NCBI RefSeq assembly: GCF_000143415.4
Contig: NW_003314266.1
Coordinates: forward strand, 140,845-197,460
DNA: 56,616 nt
DNA from: Selaginella moellendorffii
Lineage: Eukaryota; Plantae; Lycopodiophyta
Reading direction: 5' to 3'
In this document: piece after piece, positions 48,763 through 56,616 of the stretch
How positions within the stretch are numbered: the first letter of the stretch is position 1
Layout of the letters: each line of letters opens with the position of its first letter
Program-made: the position numbers and the translations under genes
Notes under the pieces: generated by a model
The model's input: the letters and a program-made list of their open reading frames with translations, nothing else
The model's database searches: none
Told to the model about the DNA's origin: nothing

Positions 48763-51700
48763 ATGAGTCTCAACAAGTACTATTCAATGAGATTGAGCAA
48801 GTAGTCTCATTGCATATGCAGAGATAAAAATGATGATCCAAGTGGGTACACATTTGGGTGCAAAAGCTTCGAATGGTTCTTAAGGTATGGATTTTATTTC
48901 CTTTCGTACCTTATTATGTGCTCTTAGGCTCATAAGAGGGATTAAGTTGTTCCATTTAGCACGAGTTTGTGCTTGGGTTCATGAGTGAGGCACATTAACA
49001 ACTCAAGGTTACACTTTGAGTTGGCAGGATTAATGTTAGCCTATCGTTGGTTCCATGAGTTGTTTTTTATACCATAGGTAGAAGTAAACATTCCCTAGGT
49101 TTGCTATGAGTGGTAAATAGGCTGGTCCATAGCTTTTTAGCACGACATTAGTGGATCCTTCCTATGTATGATTACAAGTGGATCAACCAAGATTATAGGG
49201 ATTAGTCTATTAATTCAAGTAATCATTGCCGTGCTCTCTCATAAACTTTTCTTGGATTAGACTAAAGGCAGTGTGAAAGCAAACTTAAGGTTTAGTCAAA
49301 GATGAAACCGAAAAGAGAGTTGTCAAGGACGAAGGATCAAATACGTAAATCATTTTCTCTTTTTAAAAAGATGATTTGCAACAAAATGATGACTCATTGC
49401 TCGTGTTCACATCATGCAATCAAAAGTCCCTACCTTGATGCATGTTCGTAATGATGGTCTTACAAGTGGTGAGTTATGGGATGGATAGCAGTGAAGCGCT
49501 AAACCATTTTGTCTAAGCTTGTTGTTGAAGGACTTGGGTTACAATGCTCAATTCTTTTTTGGGGAACCTTGCTATTGCTCCTTGATTAGTTTGGTGTTAA
49601 ATTAGTTTTGAGTTTGGTCAGAAAGAGAGTGGTATGAGCTTGTCCATGTTGTGAATAAAAGTTAGTGGTGTTGGGTGTTATAAATCTCTATCGGTGGAAT
49701 GTGACATTTATGTTGCATTTTGTCGAATCGAGTTAGCATTTGATACTCACATAAACCTTTGTAGTAGTGGTATGGGCCTTGCTCGTGGTGTTGCTTGATT
49801 GATGATCAAGTCATTGTGATTTTATATCATATCCATGTGATAATGAGTAATGTGTTTACGAAGTTGCTTGGTTAAATGATGATCAACCCCAAAGTGGTTG
49901 ATGGAGAAGCTAGTCTACTTGCACGTAGTAGCATTGTAATAGCTTTAACTAGATTCTCAATGTTGGTCCATTATGCTAAGGTGTAGTTGGTACGTTAGTT
50001 CCTTGAGTTTGCCTATTGAGGTGTTGGAAAGGTTATAGCATTCATTTGCTATAGCTTGTCGATTGATTCGTTAACACTTGGAGTAGATTGTTAGATGGAG
50101 AAGATGTGTAGTTGAAGCATTGACATCACTAACATTTGTGTTAGTGGAAGTAGCATTGTTATTTCAAGTGATGAGGGTTTTCCTTAGAGCTTGATTTTCT
50201 ATGTCATTTTTTTTGTTAGTGTTGGGCTTCACATTGGATCATCCAAAGCTTAATCATGAAGACCACATCTTCAGATATCCACATTGCACTAACACTCTTC
50301 TTCAACCACCTTCAAGATGTTCATGTTGCATTTTGTGGTTGGTGTTGAATGTCGAAAGTATGGGCAAAAAGATGTTCAAGGCTAAAGCATACTATGGGTC
50401 ATGAGAATGTGTGTTGAGGTGAACCTATGTGAAGTTATTGGTAGGAAGAAGTTGATTGAGTCTTGAAAGTTTGTATTCTTAGACTTAAAATCATTCTTTC
50501 TCTAGGATGGAAAATTTTTCATAAATTTTCTATTGATTTGTTAATTATTTTGCTCGAAAACCATTCCATTTTCGCAAGTTAGTACAAACTAGTGAAGGGG
50601 TTGAAGTTAACTTTGGTTAGTTTAGACCTTAGTAGGTAGTTTGTATAATGCGACCCAAAAGGGATGCTGACTTTTGGGGCTAAAGCAATTGAGTTGGATA
50701 AAGTCTGGAATTGGTGTAAAAACGTGGTTGTTACACTTTTCTAAGAAAGATGACTCTTGTGCCTTTCTTCTGTAGCATTATACTTGGTGGTAAGTTGCAC
50801 CTTGCATTTCGTAGGACTCTATGAGAGTAGTGAGCTCTCACTGATTTTGACTTGGTCTTGGTGGTCTTGTGCCTTGGCTAAGGATAGTGATGTCCAACTT
50901 AGTTGTTTGCAGTTAAAATGTTAGTACCCGTACTATAGCTTTATCTATAAAAAAGTTGTGTACCAACATGAGTCCATCTCATGGTTTTCATTTTAGGCTG
51001 AGTGTTGATCATGCATAGTTAGCCTCTTCAAAGCATGCTCAAAGCTATTAGTTAAACATGTTGGTGGGCTTATCGCGGTTGAGTTGAATTCAAGTGGTCA
51101 TTTAGTTTGTGCTTGTCCATGAACCTTTATCTCATACATGAGGTATTACGTTCATATTGAACAAAGTATATAACTTGATGACAAAAGTTTAGTATTTCGG
51201 TTTTGTGGAAAGCAAGTTGGAGATTGATTGTTGGTTGCTTTATGACTAGTGATTGCTTGTAAACTTTGTTAAGGACTGTTTGACACTTGCTTCACTTGAT
51301 GATGATTTAGTAGTGATAAATTTGCTTTACCGGATGGTGTTGTGGAGGATCGTGTCGTTGGACTTACATGCTTTTTCCATGTTGGCATGTCGACTCTACC
51401 TCTATCAATATCATTTGGTTGTGTTTAGTTTATAGTATTGGATTTTATCGAGTCTTGGATGTGGTGATTCACTCCTTGATGATGTGTTATTTGAAACTAA
51501 GTATTGTTGAAGGATTAGTCTCGGATATTGAGTAAAGTATCTTCGACTTTGGTTAACTTAGTTGCTAAAGAGCTTTGAGTGATGATTCACTCTTACTTTC
51601 TTTTAACTTTGTTCTAGTGTTGATAGCATTGAAGTGATGCCTTGTCATTGACAATATTGATATTGAGATTTGAGTGAAATAAGATATCTCTCTTTAGGGT

Positions 51701-53636
51701 TGATATTGAGTTTCATTAGTCTTGATGAAGATAGTGTTGATGATTTAGTTGTAGCTTTATATTATTGGCATTCATGCATTCGCTAGTTAGCAACTATGTT
51801 GACGTTCAAATGAACTGAGTGGCAAGTTTGAGTTAGTTATATTCTAGATGAGATTGTTTAATAGGGTTGAGCTTTAAGCTTTTCCTTGAAAAGTGATTCA
51901 GTCGTAGACTATATGCTAACTCTACTAAAGAAAGAGTTAGTGATCAATATTGGAATGTTTGAATCCTTATTGGATTTGAGTTGAAATATATATTGATCAT
52001 TGATAGTTCTTTTTGTGCTTGTTATCAAGTGAATTACGTCTTGCTATAGATGGATTCATGGAGGATTGGTTTGATGATCACTTGTTGAGTATAACTTTGT
52101 TGTGTTTGGCTTTGGATTGATGCATATATGTTCTTCATTAGCTTTGCATTATGATGTTTAGTTTATGGATGTGTTGAGGAGGATGTTATGGGTTATACCA
52201 TGATTTTCTTCTTTAGTATTGAAATTAGTTCATACGAGACTCGTGATCATTGCTAAACATAACTTGGCTATAGACTTCTTCAAGCTTTTGGTTCCTTAAA
52301 TTTTATGCTCATTGTTTCATTTGTTAGAAGTTGTTGGGGAAGGCATTTTGCTCTTTAGCTTTGATGTTGAAGTTAGTATTTGCATTTAGCAATCATTAGT
52401 GGTGATTGACTATCAATTATGATGGTCAATTATCCTTGTCAGAGGTTTTGCTTGATTGTTGTTGATATAGAATGATTCGTTGTTCTTTGGAATGGTGGAT
52501 TCCTTCTTTGACGATGATTATGCATGTCTTTTATTGATGGGATAATTGATGATCTTTCATAATGGTTGTTCTCTTTGATGGTTTTTGGTTTTTGTTCTCT
52601 TTGATGGTTTTTGGTTTTTCGTAAAACCACATATTCTTTGTGGTTTGCTCTAGATTGGTCTCTTGGGTTTGAGACATCAGTAGAATATTGCTGACACTTG
52701 CTTAAGAAACTTAAGTTCCTTGGTGTTGTTTGCTGGGATCGATTCAGATTAGCTAGTGTGATAATTAGCATGACCGAATATTTGTTGATCTTGCCACATT
52801 CATTCTGTTCTGTTAATTATTACTCGAGTTAGTTTCGATAGATTAGAAAGTTATTTCCTTCAGGTGATACATTTGCGAGCATCTTGCTTGCCAATCAATG
52901 ATACTTTGAGTTCTATGAGTTAACTTTCATAAGTTTTTTGGCATTCTTTCTACAATCTTTGATAGTTAAATTTTGTCATCGAGTTTTCTCACTGACTATT
53001 GAATTTTATTGGATGGTGAATCTTGTGTTTATTAATTATAATGATCTTAGTGATTCCTGTACTATACTACTGGTTTATCAGATGATAACTTAATTGGAAT
53101 ACTTTTGTGTTCTAATCTAAGATCTAATCATTGATACTTACGTCTCTAAGATATCATTGTCTCTGACTTTGATATTGTTCATTTATTAATTTTTGAGTTT
53201 GGGCCAGTATAGGCAGACTAGCTTCGGCACTTCATGTGCATGGTGAAATCTCTAGTCATAGGGTAGCTACTGTCGACTGGTCACATCACCCGCCTCCCTA
53301 TCGATTTTCCTTATTCTGTTCAAGGGCATGAGGCGTGTAAACAACTCTAACTACCCTGTTTACAATAGTCTATCTAAACCTTACTGACAGGTTTGGTTTC
53401 TTTACTCAAGAGGGTTGAGGCCTCTGGCTTCTCTTTCTATGTCCCTACGGGCAGGGGCGTATCACACTTTTGTAAACTTTTGTCATTTCTTTATTGGCAA
53501 TGGCCGGAAGGTGTCTAAGTGGGTAGCGCATTTGCGTTAGACAAAGAGGTTACCCTAACTCATTTAAGTTGGTGCATTTCTCACATAGTGTGAATATTGT
53601 GAACTTTTTCTGGAGTTGTTTCCTTAGTAGTATTCT

Positions 53637-54785
53637 AGACTGGAGTATGCATCGACAAGGACGTCGATCTTCCCTAGGGGGCGAGAGTGTCGCAAATGTG
53701 ACTTTGGGTATCGAAAATTACCTGTCGGCTAGTCTTTTCAGATATTCTTTCCTTACTGTCACGAAGTAGGAAGTCAGTATTGCTAGACCCTTTATCAGTC
53801 CCTTTTGTTCAAATGTTAGTAAATTGGACTTTGCATCTGTACTTGGCCAGATGAGCATAAGGACGGAATTCTTAGGTGTCTATTTAGCCAAGCCTACTTG
53901 GCCTGGTTTTTTAATTCTCTTTTACTCTATCTTGTACTGGCTTGACAAGAACCCTCGCATATTGAGACTAGTCCCTCAATATCGCTAAATGATAGCTTAC
54001 CATGTCTGCCAAACACCTTTGCTATCATGCCCTTTGTATTAGTTTCATTTATAGAATATTATAGAATATATTTATAGAAAGTGTCTAGATTTGCTCATTT
54101 GGCATATCTACGGAATGTAGAGATCGGCCTAAACACAATGGTGTTCGTCTCATGTCCAAATTCGTAATCTAAGGATATTCCATATTTAGTAAGTTTCGAG
54201 CTTGTCCCAGAGACTGAATATGCATCAACAAGGATGTCGATATTCCCTAGAGGGCGAGAGTGTCGCGAATGTGACTTCGGGTATCGAAAGTTACCTATTG
54301 GCTAGTCTTTTCAGATATTCTTTCCTTACTGTCACGACAGTAGGAGGTCGGTATTGCTAGACCCTTTATCAGTCCCTTTTGTTCAAGTGTTAATAAACTC
54401 GACTTTGCATCTGTACTTAGCTGAATGAGCATAAGGACGGAATTCTTAGGTGTCTATTTAGCCAAGCCTATTTGGCCTGGCTTTTTAGTTCTATTTTACT
54501 TTATCTTGCATTGGCTTGACAAGAACCCTCGCATATTGAGACTAGTCCCTCAATATCGTTAGATGATAGCTTACCATGTCTGCTAAACACCTTTGCTATT
54601 ATGCCCTTTGTTTTAGTTTCATTTTGGTCCCAAATGTTATTTATGGAAAGTGTCTAGATTTGCTCATTTGGCATATCTACGGAATGTAGAGATTGGCTTG
54701 AACACAATGGTATTCGTCCCATGTCCAAATTCGTAATCTAAGGACATTCCATATTTAGTAAGTTTTGAGCTTGTCCCAGAGACTA
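53637..54785 (+). repeat. ~573-bp tandem duplication of the PPT and the LTR 5' half
   Basis: gggcgagag|tgtcgc occurs at 53688 and 54261; the junction shares the microhomology agact. Confidence 0.88.
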
Positions 54786-55417
54786 ACTCTTGATACTAAG
54801 GGAGGATTAGGGTGAAAGCCCAAAGCATGTGTTGTTCCTTAAGGGGGGGGGGGGAGGGGTGTTGTGGGGGATTCCAAATGTATAGTAAGGGTAATGGGTA
54901 GGTCAGGCATGGCCAACTAACCTAAAGTATAATCTAGCTCTTGCTTGTGTGCTTATCTTTGTTCTACGTCCAGCTTGGGTTTAAGCCCAAGTTCCATTCC
55001 ATGCTAACTGGTGGAGTACCCATGTCTTTGTATTAGGCCACTGATATACCGAAATAGCGCCAAACTCTGTTTAGCTCCGTTTTGTGTGCTGGCCCTAGCA
55101 TTGGGATGCTGGTTGCTCCAGAACTATTCCAAGTCACTACAGGCTCCTGTCCTTTTGCTCCTTGGGCTATATGCTTGAGAGTTGCTCCATGGTCCGGTTC
55201 CGTCACTCCTTGGCTCCATATTTGGGAGTTTGGCACCATTCCTTTATCCAGTGGCCCAAGGCCTTGAACCTCAGGTTCCACACCACTATCCTTTGGACAT
55301 GTGGCATGTGACATGTGGCATTTGTCATGTGGCACAAAAAGGGTTTAAGTTCAACTTTGTGGTGTTATCCTATGGTAAATCACCATAGGATAAAGGGTAA
55401 AAACCACGTGCATTACA
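54261..55417 (+). repeat. 3' LTR
   Basis: tgtcgcgaat...cattaca, preceded by a PPT at 54251-54260. Confidence 0.85.
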
Positions 55418-56155
55418 CTCTTTATCCCTTTTTTGAAGAAAAAAAAGTTCTAAAGCACCAGTTTTGTTCAAATTCTCTACATTTATCCTCATTTAATTAT
55501 CTATATTCGGCCTCACTCCACTATTATATCTATTCTACCTCACCATGTCAAGGTTAAATATTATATTTAGACTTATTATGGTTCTCCCCATTCCACAATT
55601 TATACCATTTGTCCTTGCTCCGCTATTGTAACTACTTCTCTGAAGAAAAAAAAAGTTTGAAGAGTAAAGGTAAAGAAAAAAAAATAAGAAAAATTTGGGG
55701 AAGAAACATTATGGGAGAATAAATTGTGGATAAAGAAGCATTGGAAAAGGATTTTTCAACAATTGACAAAGCAAAAATGAGGAAGTAAAAATAAGAAAAT
55801 ATGTTTTAAAGCTTGGAGAATAGAGGAGCTTTTATTATAAAATACTTTGGCCACTATAAGATAAACAAAAAAATTTCACTACTTAGCCTCTTTAACAAAT
55901 AATTTAACATTTGAGACGAGAAAATCAATTTAAAAGTTCACTCTTAAAAGAACATAAAATTCTTCAGCAACAATGGTAAAATAAAAGCTTTTAGCAACAT
56001 TTACAAATGGGGATATAAACTTTGGCAAAAGTGACTCAACACTTGGAATAAAAAAACACTTGACACTATAATTAATTAAAAACTCCACCAACAAAACAAA
56101 AGTAAGATTCTCAACTTTATATATATGTTTAGCATTTAGATTAGTATAAAGAAAA

Positions 56156-56349
56156 TGTAAACAACCAAAAAGAAAAACTCAAAAAATAATTTATAAAGGT
56201 TTAAATATAAAGGGAAAGGGTTTATAAACAATAGTGCACCCTTTTTTCAATTGATTAAGGGTTTTAGGATATTTGATATTAAGCATTTCTAGGTTTGTGT
56301 AATATTATGGTGGGTGATTTCCTGGGAAGTTTAAATTTAAAAGCTTATA
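56156..56349 (+). mobile_element. 194-bp Cassandra-like solo LTR, the duplicated counterpart of 6529-6722
   Basis: tgtaaac...gcttata containing tgggtgatttcctgggaagt. Confidence 0.75.
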
Positions 56350-56616
56350 AAAAGATAGAAAATATTTAACTAAACATTGGATTAAGAATGAGAATTATAA
56401 GAGTCACAAATGACCGATGTGTGAAAATAAATACTATAAACGATAATGAGAATCATAAGAGTCATAAATGACTGATGTGCCAAAATAAATACTACAAACG
56501 AGAAGCAATAAAAGGTAATGCAATAAAGATTAAAAGGAAGAATATAGTAGATAGCTATAATTTTAGATCTAGCAAAAAGTTATTACATATTTCAACGCGT
56601 TTGAGTGATGATAGGA

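Larger units (their letters stand above)
47603..55417 (+). mobile_element. Decayed or non-autonomous LTR retroelement (LARD-like) with ~1.15 kb LTRs
   Basis: LTRs at 47603-48748 and 54261-55417; PBS tggtatcaaag; PPT agggcgagag; absent from the left arm (about 7435-7455); no long ORF or recognisable pol motif inside; TSD not recognisable. Confidence 0.82.
39192..56590 (-). repeat. Right arm of the inverted segmental duplication, interrupted by a solo LTR and an LTR element
   Basis: Inner edge ggtttatatttttacagccgac is the reverse complement of 27751-27772; colinearity continues to near the window end. Confidence 0.9.

Noticed and set aside
48763-53630. gag/pol or other genes inside the second LTR element
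   Set aside because: Only short ORFs with no recognisable motifs.

Overview
Plant nuclear DNA. The very short introns (about 45-70 bp), compact genes and PLS-type PPR remnants suggest a lycophyte such as Selaginella (inference). Most of the window is a large inverted duplication (about 6290-27772 vs 39192-56590). It surrounds a core holding an intact germin-like gene, ferritin, MBF1, an uncharacterised membrane protein and a DHHC S-acyltransferase. Each arm has gained its own transposons. The highlight is an ~11.8 kb Mutator-like element (9219-21024, 8-bp TSD CTCTCGAC) inserted in a germin promoter. It encodes a GCM-like/DDE/SWIM transposase with one nonsense codon. It also encodes an intact, intron-containing, ~1070-aa fusion of a ParB-like domain and a bacterial-type beta-class N6A/N4C DNA methyltransferase domain, plus two paralogous small Cys/His proteins and internal tandem arrays. 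Also present: a decayed Ty3/gypsy element, a decayed LTR element with composite LTRs, and three 194-bp solo LTRs carrying a 5S rRNA-derived segment (Cassandra-like). All calls come from manual reading; no database searches were run.
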